From NCBI GenBank assembly GCA_038214715.1, contig JBBQRP010000012.1, positions 43,634 to 107,633 of the forward strand: a stretch of 64,000 nucleotides of DNA. Direction: 5' to 3'. The notes under the pieces are model-generated. The model was not told the origin of the DNA and did not search any database. It saw only the letters and a list, made by a program, of their open reading frames with translations. The position numbers and the translations under genes are program-made. The stretch is from Thermoanaerobaculia bacterium (GTDB taxonomy: Bacteria > Acidobacteriota > Thermoanaerobaculia > UBA5066). Shown here one piece after another: positions 19,903 through 27,845 of the stretch (position 1 is the stretch's first letter; each line of letters begins with the position of its first letter).

Positions 19903-20774
19903 GAGAGCTTCTCGCCTCCGGGCCCGTCGTACCGGTAGAACCCCCTCCCCGCCTTCCGCCCGTGCCATCCCGCGTCCACCATCTGGACGAGGAGCGGGCA
20001 GGGGCGGTACTTGTCGTCCCCGAGCCCGCCGTGCAGGACCCTCAGGATCGCGAGACACGTGTCGAGCCCGATGAAATCCGCGAGCGTGAGGGGCCCCATC
20101 GGGTGATTCATGCCGAGCTTCATGATGCCGTCCACCGCGTCGGGCGTCGCGACGCCTTCGTAGACGGCGAAGAATGCTTCGTTCAGCATGGGCAGCAGGA
20201 TGCGGTTCGAGACGAACCCGGGGAAGTCGCGGCACAAAAGTGGCGTCTTCCCCATCTCTTTCGCGAGCGCGAGGACGACCTCCGTCGTCTCGTCCGAGGT
20301 TGCGATTCCGCGGATCACCTCGACGAGGGCCATCACGGGAACGGGATTCATGAAGTGCATGCCGATGAAACGGTCAGGCCTCGTCGTCCGCGCGGCGAGC
20401 CTCGTGATCGAGATGGACGACGTGTTCGTCGCGAGGATCGTGTGCGGCGGGGCGAGGGCGTCGAGCCTGGCGAACAGGTCCTTCTTGACGGCCTCGTTCT
20501 CGAGGATCGCTTCGACGACGAGGCCTGCCTCCGCGAGGCGGCCGAGGTCCGCCGTCGCCGTCACGCGCCGCAGCGCGGCGTCCCGGTCGCCGGGCGTGAC
20601 ACGCCCCTTGTCCACCTGCCGCGCCAGGTTCTTCTCGATCGTGGCGAGGCCGCGTCCCGCGAGATCGGGCGTCACGTCGACGAGCACGACCCTCTTGCCC
20701 GCGAGTGCGGCGACGTGCGCGATGCCCGCTCCCATCTGTCCGGCGCCCACCACGCCGATCGTTGCCGGTGTCAT
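19899..20774 (-). CDS. 3-hydroxyacyl-CoA / 3-hydroxybutyryl-CoA dehydrogenase
   Basis: [17 protein letters not shown]-binding motif and a C-terminal 3HCDH domain. ATG at 20774; the track ORF extends to 20915. Confidence 0.85.
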   Translation of the reverse strand: MTPATIGVVGAGQMGAGIAHVAALAGKRVVLVDVTPDLAGRGLATIEKNLARQVDKGRVTPGDRDAALRRVTATADLGRLAEAGLVVEAILENEAVKKDLFARLDALAPPHTILATNTSSISITRLAARTTRPDRFIGMHFMNPVPVMALVEVIRGIATSDETTEVVLALAKEMGKTPLLCRDFPGFVSNRILLPMLNEAFFAVYEGVATPDAVDGIMKLGMNHPMGPLTLADFIGLDTCLAILRVLHGGLGDDKYRPCPLLVQMVDAGWHGRKAGRGFYRYDGPGGEKLS

Positions 20775-20827
20775 CGGGATTTCGTCTCCTTCGCGCGGCC
20801 GCCTTTCGGCCGCTCGACGCGAGCCTA

Positions 20828-21769
20828 TCAGGAGGCGGCGGAGGCGAGGTGCGGCTCGCCGGACGTGGCGGCGGCAAGCGCGACGCCGATCCCGGCGAGG
20901 GACGAGAGGCTCCACAGGACGGGGCCCAGCGCCGGCAGGAGAGAGAGGAGCCCGAGGAGAACGAGGCCGGCGGCGAGCGCCGCGGGATCGCCGAACAGGA
21001 GGCTGCCGCGCCGGGCGCCCCTCGTGAGTCGCCGCCCGAGCGCCACGAAGACGACCGCGAGGCCGAAGATCTTGGCGGCGGCGAGGAGGACGAGGAGAAC
21101 CGCGGAAACGGCGAGCGCCGGGCGCGCCGGAAGGACGGACAGCGCGAAGGCGGCGAGGAAGAAGGCTGTCAGGACGCCGGTGGCGCCGAGCGCCGCGAGG
21201 AACGCGAGGCGCCCCGGAGCGTCGTCCGCGGCCCGGAGCAGCCGGCGCGGCGCAAGAAACAGGAGACAGAAGGAGACGACGAGCCAGGCGAAGAGGAGAA
21301 AGAGCCGGAACGACAGGATGAGCGGCGAGGTCTTTCCCGCGGCCAAAGGCGAGGTCTCGAGCTCGGAGAGGGCCGCGGCCTCGAGCGCGGAAATCGACCG
21401 GATGTGTCCCCCCACCTGTTCGCCCCCCCTATTTTCTTCGAGGGTAAGAGAGCCGCCCACCGACAGCACGTCGCCGTCGATGCGGGCGCCCCGCTCGATG
21501 GTTGCCGAGGATCCCAGAAGAATGAGATCCCGCCGAATGCGGCCCGACACGATTGCGCGGCCCCCTCCGACGAGCACCGCGCTCCCGCTCAATTCACCTT
21601 CCAAGAAAATCTTCCTTCCGAGAACAACGACATCTCCCGGGCGGACCGTGCCCTTCGGGATCACGATGGAGTTCCCGTCCCCGGGCGCGGCGGAAGCTGC
21701 GGCTCCCGCGACGATCAGGAACGAAGCCAGGATCACCCGGCATACGGTCAAGCGAGGCGAGCGACCCAA
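20828..21769 (-). CDS. Membrane protein with N-terminal bactofilin-like (polymer-forming, DUF583-type) beta-helical repeat domain and polytopic C-terminal region
   Basis: Signal/anchor segment, then repeated GxxVxGxVxxD motifs ([41 protein letters not shown]...), then 4-5 hydrophobic helices. The start is TTG in the track; a GTG slightly downstream is possible. Confidence 0.55.
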   Translation of the reverse strand: MGRSPRLTVCRVILASFLIVAGAAASAAPGDGNSIVIPKGTVRPGDVVVLGRKIFLEGELSGSAVLVGGGRAIVSGRIRRDLILLGSSATIERGARIDGDVLSVGGSLTLEENRGGEQVGGHIRSISALEAAALSELETSPLAAGKTSPLILSFRLFLLFAWLVVSFCLLFLAPRRLLRAADDAPGRLAFLAALGATGVLTAFFLAAFALSVLPARPALAVSAVLLVLLAAAKIFGLAVVFVALGRRLTRGARRGSLLFGDPAALAAGLVLLGLLSLLPALGPVLWSLSSLAGIGVALAAATSGEPHLASAAS

Positions 21770-21781
21770 GTCTGTCCCGGG

Positions 21782-22309
21782 TCAGCCGCGAGGCGTGCCG
21801 AAGTCCGTGCGCGCGAGGCGCGAGGGACGACGGAAAAGCCGCCGCGCGAGCGTGGCGAAGATCGCACCCGATCCGATGAGTGCCCCCGCGAGAGCCTGCC
21901 GGGTGCCCGGAGAACCCGACAGGACCGCGCCGATGCCTTCCGCCAGGGTCGGGATCGAGGAAAGGAGGGCGGGCAGTCCGGCCGCGGTGCCAGCCGCCAT
22001 GACCCTGGCCCACATCTCGAGGGCTGTTCCGGGACCGAGCGACCAGAGAGGTGCGAGAAAGACGATGACGCTGGCCGACAGCAGAAAGGAGGCCGCCATG
22101 GCCGGAATTCGCCAGGCTCGGGCGCTCCTGACCTCCCACGGTGCGAAGGGGCGTGCAGCCATCACGCGCGCAGTCAGGCTGGCCTCCCAGACAGAAGAGG
22201 GTGTGCCTGTAACACATTCATCAAGAAGGAGTTCTAGGCGAACGTCCCTCTCCAGGTCCTCCCTGGAAGGCGACCTCTCGTCCGGGGCGCGGGGGGCGAT
22301 CTCGACCAT
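21782..22309 (-). CDS. Putative anti-sigma factor (single-pass membrane protein)
   Basis: Lies immediately downstream of the ECF sigma (10-nt gap, GAGGAAG RBS). Has a cytoplasmic N-domain and one TM helix. No recognisable family. The track ORF extends to 22366. Confidence 0.5.
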   Translation of the reverse strand: MVEIAPRAPDERSPSREDLERDVRLELLLDECVTGTPSSVWEASLTARVMAARPFAPWEVRSARAWRIPAMAASFLLSASVIVFLAPLWSLGPGTALEMWARVMAAGTAAGLPALLSSIPTLAEGIGAVLSGSPGTRQALAGALIGSGAIFATLARRLFRRPSRLARTDFGTPRG

Positions 22310-22319
22310 CCTGCTTCCT

Positions 22320-22901
22320 CTATACGATGTCCCGGGGCAAAAGATCTCGCAAAGCCTGCCGTGCACGAAACAGCTTGTTCTTGACGGTCCCGAGCGGCAT
22401 CCCTTTCAGCTCGGCAATTTCCTCGTAGGGCATCTCCCCGTAGTGGCGGAGGCTGATGAGCTCGCGGTAGTCGTCGGGAAGCCGGTCGATCGCCTCTGCA
22501 AGCGCGATTCGAAGGCGCTGACGGGTCAGCTCTTCGTGGGGGCTGGGACGCGTCTCGGGGGGGTCGACGGACCGCGCTTCGCCGTCCTCTCCGGGAGGCC
22601 GCTCGAGCGGAAGCGTCCGAACGCGCCGGCGGCGGAGATGGTCGATGGCCGCGTTCCCCGCGATCCGGAAGAGCCACGTGGAAAACTTGAAATGAGGATC
22701 GAACGAATCGAGGGCGCCGTACACTTTGATGAAGACGTCCTGGGTCACGTCGCGCGCGTCCTCGACGTCGTACGTGAAACGCTCCACGTAGCGCGAGAGG
22801 CGGGTCCGGTAGCGGTCCACGAGGACGGCGAAGAGGTCGGTATCGCCCTCGAGAATCAGTTTCACCAGCTCCGCGTCACCCCTGATTTCGGAAGACGCCA
22901 T
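22320..22901 (-). CDS. ECF (group IV) RNA polymerase sigma factor
   Basis: Sigma-70 region 2 (DVTQDVFIKVYGALDSFDPHFKFSTWLFRIAGNAAIDHLRRR) and region 4 HTH (ELISLRHYGEMPYEEIAELKGMPLGTVKNKLFRARQAL). Confidence 0.85.
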   Translation of the reverse strand: MASSEIRGDAELVKLILEGDTDLFAVLVDRYRTRLSRYVERFTYDVEDARDVTQDVFIKVYGALDSFDPHFKFSTWLFRIAGNAAIDHLRRRRVRTLPLERPPGEDGEARSVDPPETRPSPHEELTRQRLRIALAEAIDRLPDDYRELISLRHYGEMPYEEIAELKGMPLGTVKNKLFRARQALRDLLPRDIV

Positions 22902-22981
22902 GATGAGATCGTGTCATATGAATGGTTGCGCAAGCTTCTAGAATGTTCAGTCGGGCACTGACACCACGAAGGAGGATTCCC

Positions 22982-24286
22982 GTGACTTTGAGGCATGAAT
23001 CCACGTCCGGCGTTCTGAAACATACCGCCAAGGGAGAAACGCCCACCATCAATCCGTTCGAAGAAATGACGTCGCGCTTCGACCGCGCGGCCGAGCTCCT
23101 CGGGCTCGATCCCGGTCTCCGCAAGGTGCTCCGCGAACCCATGAAGGAAGTGAAGGTCGGCATCCCCGTCGTCATGGACAACGGGAAAATAGAGGTCTTC
23201 GTCGGCTACCGCGTCCACCACAACGTGGTTCGCGGGCCCGCGAAGGGCGGCATCCGCTACGACCCCGGCGTGAATCTCGACGAAGTCCGCGCGCTCGCGG
23301 CCTGGATGACGTGGAAGTGCGCCGTCATGAACATCCCGTTCGGCGGAGGCAAGGGCGGCGTGGTCTGTGATCCGCGCAAGCTCTCGCGCGGCGAGCTCGA
23401 GAGGATCACGCGGCGCTATACGGCGGAGATGATGGACGTCTTCGGCCCCGAGCGCGATGTCCCCGCGCCCGACGTAGGCACGGACTCCCAGACCATGGCG
23501 TGGCTCATGGACACGTACTCGATGCACGTCGGCCACACCGTCACTTCCGTCGTGACCGGCAAGCCCATCTCGCTCGGTGGGTCGCGCGGACGCGCGGAGG
23601 CGACGGGCCGCGGCGTCATGATCGCGGGCCGCGAAGCCTGCCGCGCGCACGGCATCCCGCTCTCGGGAGCCCGCGTCGTCGTCCAGGGCTTCGGCAACGT
23701 CGGATCGATCTCCGCGAAGATGTTCCACGAGCAGGGCGCGAAGATCGTCGCCGTCTCGGACATCAATGGCGCGATCCAGAACAAGAAGGGCCTCGACGTT
23801 CCGGCGCTCCTCGCGTACATGGTCGACAAGAAGACGGTCGTCGGTTTCCCCGGCGGGATCCCGATGGATTCGGCCGACCTCCTCACGACCGATTGCGACA
23901 TCCTCGTCCCCGCCGCGCTGGAGAACCAGATCACGAAAGAGAATGCGAACGGCATCAAGGCGAAGATCATCGTCGAGGGCGCGAACGGCCCGACGACGCA
24001 CGAAGCGGACGACATCTTCCAGAAGAAGGGCATCCTCGTCGTTCCGGACATTTACGCGAACGGCGGCGGCGTGACCGTCTCCTACTTCGAGTGGGTCCAG
24101 GACCGCATGGGCTTTTTCTGGCGCGAGAAAGAAGTCAACGAACGCCTCGAGGAGATGATGGTCCAGTCGTTCATGGACATCCGCGAGATGGCGACGAAAC
24201 ACAAGGTGACGTACCGCATCGGTGCCTACATGGTCGCGATTCAGCGCGTCGCGCACGACCTGCAGATCCGCGGCCTGTACGCCTGA
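22982..24286 (+). CDS. gdhA: Glutamate dehydrogenase (Glu/Leu/Phe/Val dehydrogenase family)
   Basis: KGGIRY lysine motif, GFGNVG Rossmann motif. GTG start preceded by an AAGGAGG RBS; the track ORF begins at 22922. Confidence 0.9.
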   Translation: MTLRHESTSGVLKHTAKGETPTINPFEEMTSRFDRAAELLGLDPGLRKVLREPMKEVKVGIPVVMDNGKIEVFVGYRVHHNVVRGPAKGGIRYDPGVNLDEVRALAAWMTWKCAVMNIPFGGGKGGVVCDPRKLSRGELERITRRYTAEMMDVFGPERDVPAPDVGTDSQTMAWLMDTYSMHVGHTVTSVVTGKPISLGGSRGRAEATGRGVMIAGREACRAHGIPLSGARVVVQGFGNVGSISAKMFHEQGAKIVAVSDINGAIQNKKGLDVPALLAYMVDKKTVVGFPGGIPMDSADLLTTDCDILVPAALENQITKENANGIKAKIIVEGANGPTTHEADDIFQKKGILVVPDIYANGGGVTVSYFEWVQDRMGFFWREKEVNERLEEMMVQSFMDIREMATKHKVTYRIGAYMVAIQRVAHDLQIRGLYA

Positions 24287-24302
24287 TGGACCCTCTCTAA
24301 AT

Positions 24303-24342
24303 GCGGCGGTCCAGCCGGGCCGCCGCGACTCCGGGTTCCCGG
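24303..24342 (+). terminator. GC-rich hairpins downstream of gdhA (possible intrinsic terminator without a T-tract)
   Basis: GCGGCGGTCCAGCCGGGCCGCCGC followed by CCGGGTTCCCGG, between the gdhA stop and the ABC transporter start. Confidence 0.3.
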
Positions 24343-24371
24343 CCCTTTCCGGGCGGTGAGACCATAGACGC

Positions 24372-25106
24372 GTGACCGCGATCCGCTTCGAGAGGGCCGT
24401 CAAGCGCTACGGCGAAAAGACGGCCCTCCGGGGCCTCTCTCTCGACATCGCGGCGGGCACGCTCTTCGCGCTCGTCGGGCCGAACGGCGCCGGGAAGACG
24501 ACGGCCATCGGCCTCCTCACGGGCCTCCTCTCCCCGACGTCGGGACGGACGCTTCTCGCGGACTTCGACGTCGCACGTAATCCGGTCGAGGCGAAGGCGC
24601 GGCTCGGCTTCGTGCCCGACCGTCCCTACCTCTGGCCGAAATGGACGCCGCGCGAAACGCTGCGATTCGTGGGGGCCGTGTTCGGCCGCCGCGGTGCGGC
24701 GCTCGAGGAGCGGATCGACTCCGAGCTCGACGCGTTCGGCCTCGGCCCGGTGGCGGGGCAGCGCAACGAAACCCTGTCGCACGGGACCCGCCAGCGCGTC
24801 GCCCTCGCGCAGGCCTTCCTTCACGATCCCGAGGTCCTCGTCCTCGACGAGCCGATGGTCGGTCTCGACCCCCTCGCCCAGCGCGAGTTGACCGCGCGTC
24901 TCGAGAGTCGCGTGACGGCGGGTGCCGCCGTTCTCATCACGACTCATCAGCTGGCGCTCGCCGAGGAGATCGCGACGGAAGCGGGACTCCTCGTCGACGG
25001 CGAGCTCCTGGCGCGGGGGGCTCCGGGGAGCGTCGAGACCGCGGCCGGCCTCAAGGGAACGCTGTCGGAGGTCTTCTTCCAGCTCGCGGGCGGCGAGCGG
25101 CCTTGA
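24372..25106 (+). CDS. ABC transporter ATP-binding protein
   Basis: Walker A GPNGAGKTT, signature LSHGTRQRV, Walker B LVLDEP. Confidence 0.85.
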   Translation: MTAIRFERAVKRYGEKTALRGLSLDIAAGTLFALVGPNGAGKTTAIGLLTGLLSPTSGRTLLADFDVARNPVEAKARLGFVPDRPYLWPKWTPRETLRFVGAVFGRRGAALEERIDSELDAFGLGPVAGQRNETLSHGTRQRVALAQAFLHDPEVLVLDEPMVGLDPLAQRELTARLESRVTAGAAVLITTHQLALAEEIATEAGLLVDGELLARGAPGSVETAAGLKGTLSEVFFQLAGGERP

Positions 25107-26755
25107 ACGGCGTCTTCCGCGCGAACACGCTTCGCGCTCTGGGACGAACGTTCTTCGCCGGCGGCGCCCGCGGCCGGCTCGCGGTCACGGCCGGCCTCTT
25201 CGCGATCCTGCTGTTCGCCGCGCTCGAGACGGCAGGCCTCGAGGGCGCGTTGCGGGCCTCGCGCTCGGCCCTGAAGGAGCTCCCGGAAATCCGGCCGGCG
25301 CTCCTTCTCGAGCGCCTCCTCGCGGGCGCGTTCGGCGCGGCCCTCGTCCTCGGCTTCCTCGGCTCTCTCACGACGGCGATCGGAACACTCTTCCTGTCCG
25401 ACGAGCTCGACACCCTCGCGACGCTCCCGATCCCCCACCGGCGGCTCGTGGGCCGGCAGGCGTTCCTCACGCTTGCGCTCGCATCGACCCCGACGCTTCT
25501 TCTCGCGATGCCCGCGCTCCTCGTCGCGGCGGGCGCGGGCGGGCGGCCCGCACTCGCCCTCGTGTCCGCCGCCCTCCCCCTCGCGGGAGTGATGCTCCTG
25601 GCGGGCGCGGCCGGTATCGCGGCCGCGGTCCTGTTCGTACGTGTCGTGCCCCCGAAGCGCGCTCGGCTCTTCGCCGCCTTCCTCTCGGCGACGGGTCTCG
25701 CGGCCGCTCTGCTCATGTTCAGGGCCGCCCGGCCCGAACGCCTCCTCGATCCACTCGAGGCTCTCTCCATCGTGACGCGCCTCGGAACCGCGCCGGTCCC
25801 CCCGCCCAGCCTCGATCCTTCGGCGTGGGCGGCGCGTGCCGCGACTCCCGGACTCCTCGGCGACGCCGCGGGTCTCGTGCCCGGAACCGCGCTTTTTCTC
25901 GCGGGATACGCCGCGTTTCTCCTCGTGCCGCGGGCTCTCTGGCGCATGCACCTCCGCGTGCGCCACGACGGCGGTGCGGGCGGCGCTCGCGCGATCGGTG
26001 CCTCACGGCGCGGCCCCGAGGCCCGCGGGCTCGCGGGCGTCCTCCTCCGCGCAGAGACCGCGAGTCTGTCGCGCGACGCGTCCACTCCCGCCCAGCTCGG
26101 CTCTTTGGCCGCGGTGTTCGTTCTCGACCTGATGAACGTGCGGCTCCTCCCGGGCGCGGACTCCTCGACGCGCGATCTCGTGTCCGGGCTCCAGACCGGC
26201 CTTTCCCTCTTCCTCGTCTCGGCGCTCTCGTTGCGTTTCGCCTATCCTTCCGTCTCCTCCGACGGCCGTGCGGCGCTCGTCCTGAGGACACTCCCGCTGA
26301 AGCCGGGCAGCCACCTTCTCGCGCGCTGGGCCGTCCGGACACTTCCATCGGTCGCAATCGCGCTGACCCTGACGGGCGCGAGTCTCCTCGCGCTCAGGCC
26401 GCCGGCCCCCACGTCGGCGATCGCCCTCCTCGCCGCGCTTGGCGGCGGCCTCGCGATCCCCGCCCTTCACGTCGGGCTCGGTGCGATTTTCCCCCGCTAC
26501 GACGCACCGAACGCGGTCGCCGTCGCGTTGTCGGCCGGGGGCGTTCTCGCGCTGGTCTTCTCGACGGCGCTCGCGCTGCTCTCGACTGTCGTCGTCTCCA
26601 GCGAGCTGCGCCTCCTGCTCGGCGCGCTGTCGAGGCGAAACCTGGCTCAGATGCCGCTTCTCCTGCTGTTTCTGGGCGCCGCCTCCGTCGCAGCGGTCCT
26701 CCCGATCGTTCTGGCGAGCCGGTCCCTCGCCCGGCGGGACATCTCGATCGGCTGA
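25103..26755 (+). CDS. ABC transporter permease (about 10-12 TM helices)
   Basis: Hydrophobic polytopic protein. TTG start overlapping the ATPase stop (TTGA). The track ORF 24641..26755 is rejected upstream of this. Confidence 0.65.
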   Translation: MNGVFRANTLRALGRTFFAGGARGRLAVTAGLFAILLFAALETAGLEGALRASRSALKELPEIRPALLLERLLAGAFGAALVLGFLGSLTTAIGTLFLSDELDTLATLPIPHRRLVGRQAFLTLALASTPTLLLAMPALLVAAGAGGRPALALVSAALPLAGVMLLAGAAGIAAAVLFVRVVPPKRARLFAAFLSATGLAAALLMFRAARPERLLDPLEALSIVTRLGTAPVPPPSLDPSAWAARAATPGLLGDAAGLVPGTALFLAGYAAFLLVPRALWRMHLRVRHDGGAGGARAIGASRRGPEARGLAGVLLRAETASLSRDASTPAQLGSLAAVFVLDLMNVRLLPGADSSTRDLVSGLQTGLSLFLVSALSLRFAYPSVSSDGRAALVLRTLPLKPGSHLLARWAVRTLPSVAIALTLTGASLLALRPPAPTSAIALLAALGGGLAIPALHVGLGAIFPRYDAPNAVAVALSAGGVLALVFSTALALLSTVVVSSELRLLLGALSRRNLAQMPLLLLFLGAASVAAVLPIVLASRSLARRDISIG

Positions 26756-26763
26756 CCGCAGCC

Positions 26764-27675
26764 TCACGGGACGGGATGCAGCGGCGGCTCTCCCCGGACG
26801 AAGCGGACGATCTCCTCGCAGGCGAGGCGCGCCATCGCGAGGCGTGCCTCGTGCGTCGCGGAGCCGAGGTGCGGGAGAAGGACGACGTTCGAAAGAACGG
26901 CGAGAGCCTCCTCGATCCGAGGCTCGCGCTCGAACACGTCCAGCCCGGCGCCAAAGAGATGCCTCGAATGAACGGCGGCGGCGAGCGCCTTCTCGTCGAC
27001 GATCGGACCGCGCGCGGTGTTGACGACGATCGCCCCCTCTTTCATTCGCAGAAATTCTCTCTCTCCGAATCTCCCGCGCGTGTCCGCGGTCAACGGCGCA
27101 TGAATCGAGAGGACATCCACTTTCGAGAGGAAGTCTTCCAGCTCTCCCTCTCCCCCGCCTTTCCCAAACGGAAGGACGTTCATTCCGAACGCCGCTCCGC
27201 GGTGCGCGACGGCGCGGCCGATGCGGCCCATGCCGTAGATTCCGAGAGTCTTGCCCGCGAGAGACACGCCGAGGAGCTCCCGCGGTTTCCATCCGCTCCA
27301 GTCGCCGGAGCGCGCGAGCGCCTCCCCTTCGCGCAGCCGCCTCGCCACGGCCAGGATCAGCGCCCACGTGAGGTCCGCCGTCGCGTCCGTGAGCACGTCC
27401 GGCGTATTCGTCACGAGAATGCCTCGCTTCCGGCACGCGGCAAGGTCCAGATGGTCCACGCCGGCGGAGTGGCTCGCCACGAGGACGACTCGGGGAGCCG
27501 CGGCGAGGACGGCCTCGGTCACGTGTTCGGCCGGCGTCGGAAGGAGGGCGTCGACGCCCGCAAGAAGCGGCCATTCGGAGGCCGGGAGACCGCCGCGCCC
27601 CGTGATCACGTCGTGACCGGCGAGGAGCTCTCTCGTGGACGGCTCGACGACTGGCTGGCCGACGAAGATCTTCAC
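26764..27675 (-). CDS. D-isomer-specific 2-hydroxyacid dehydrogenase (glyoxylate/hydroxypyruvate reductase-like)
   Basis: GIYGMGRIGRAVA NAD motif and a catalytic His region. GTG start in a GTGA overlap with the upstream small ORF. Confidence 0.8.
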   Translation of the reverse strand: MKIFVGQPVVEPSTRELLAGHDVITGRGGLPASEWPLLAGVDALLPTPAEHVTEAVLAAAPRVVLVASHSAGVDHLDLAACRKRGILVTNTPDVLTDATADLTWALILAVARRLREGEALARSGDWSGWKPRELLGVSLAGKTLGIYGMGRIGRAVAHRGAAFGMNVLPFGKGGGEGELEDFLSKVDVLSIHAPLTADTRGRFGEREFLRMKEGAIVVNTARGPIVDEKALAAAVHSRHLFGAGLDVFEREPRIEEALAVLSNVVLLPHLGSATHEARLAMARLACEEIVRFVRGEPPLHPVP

Positions 27676-27845
27676 GGCGTCTTGAACGGACGCACGAGCA
27701 GCCAGCCCGCCAGGAACACGCCCGCCCCCGCGAAGAACATGCGCTCCTCGTAGCGCAGGTCGTCCCGGACGAGACCCACCGCGAGACCGAGGCCGACGAG
27801 GCCGATCCCGACGAGCTGCAGCGAGCGGCCGATTGCGAACCTCAT
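27672..27845 (-). CDS. Small membrane protein (57 aa, two hydrophobic helices)
   Basis: MRFAIGRSLQLVGIGLVGLGLAVGL...FFAGAGVFLAGWLLV. ATGA overlap with the cyclophilin gene stop and GTGA overlap with the next gene. Confidence 0.45.
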   Translation of the reverse strand: MRFAIGRSLQLVGIGLVGLGLAVGLVRDDLRYEERMFFAGAGVFLAGWLLVRPFKTP

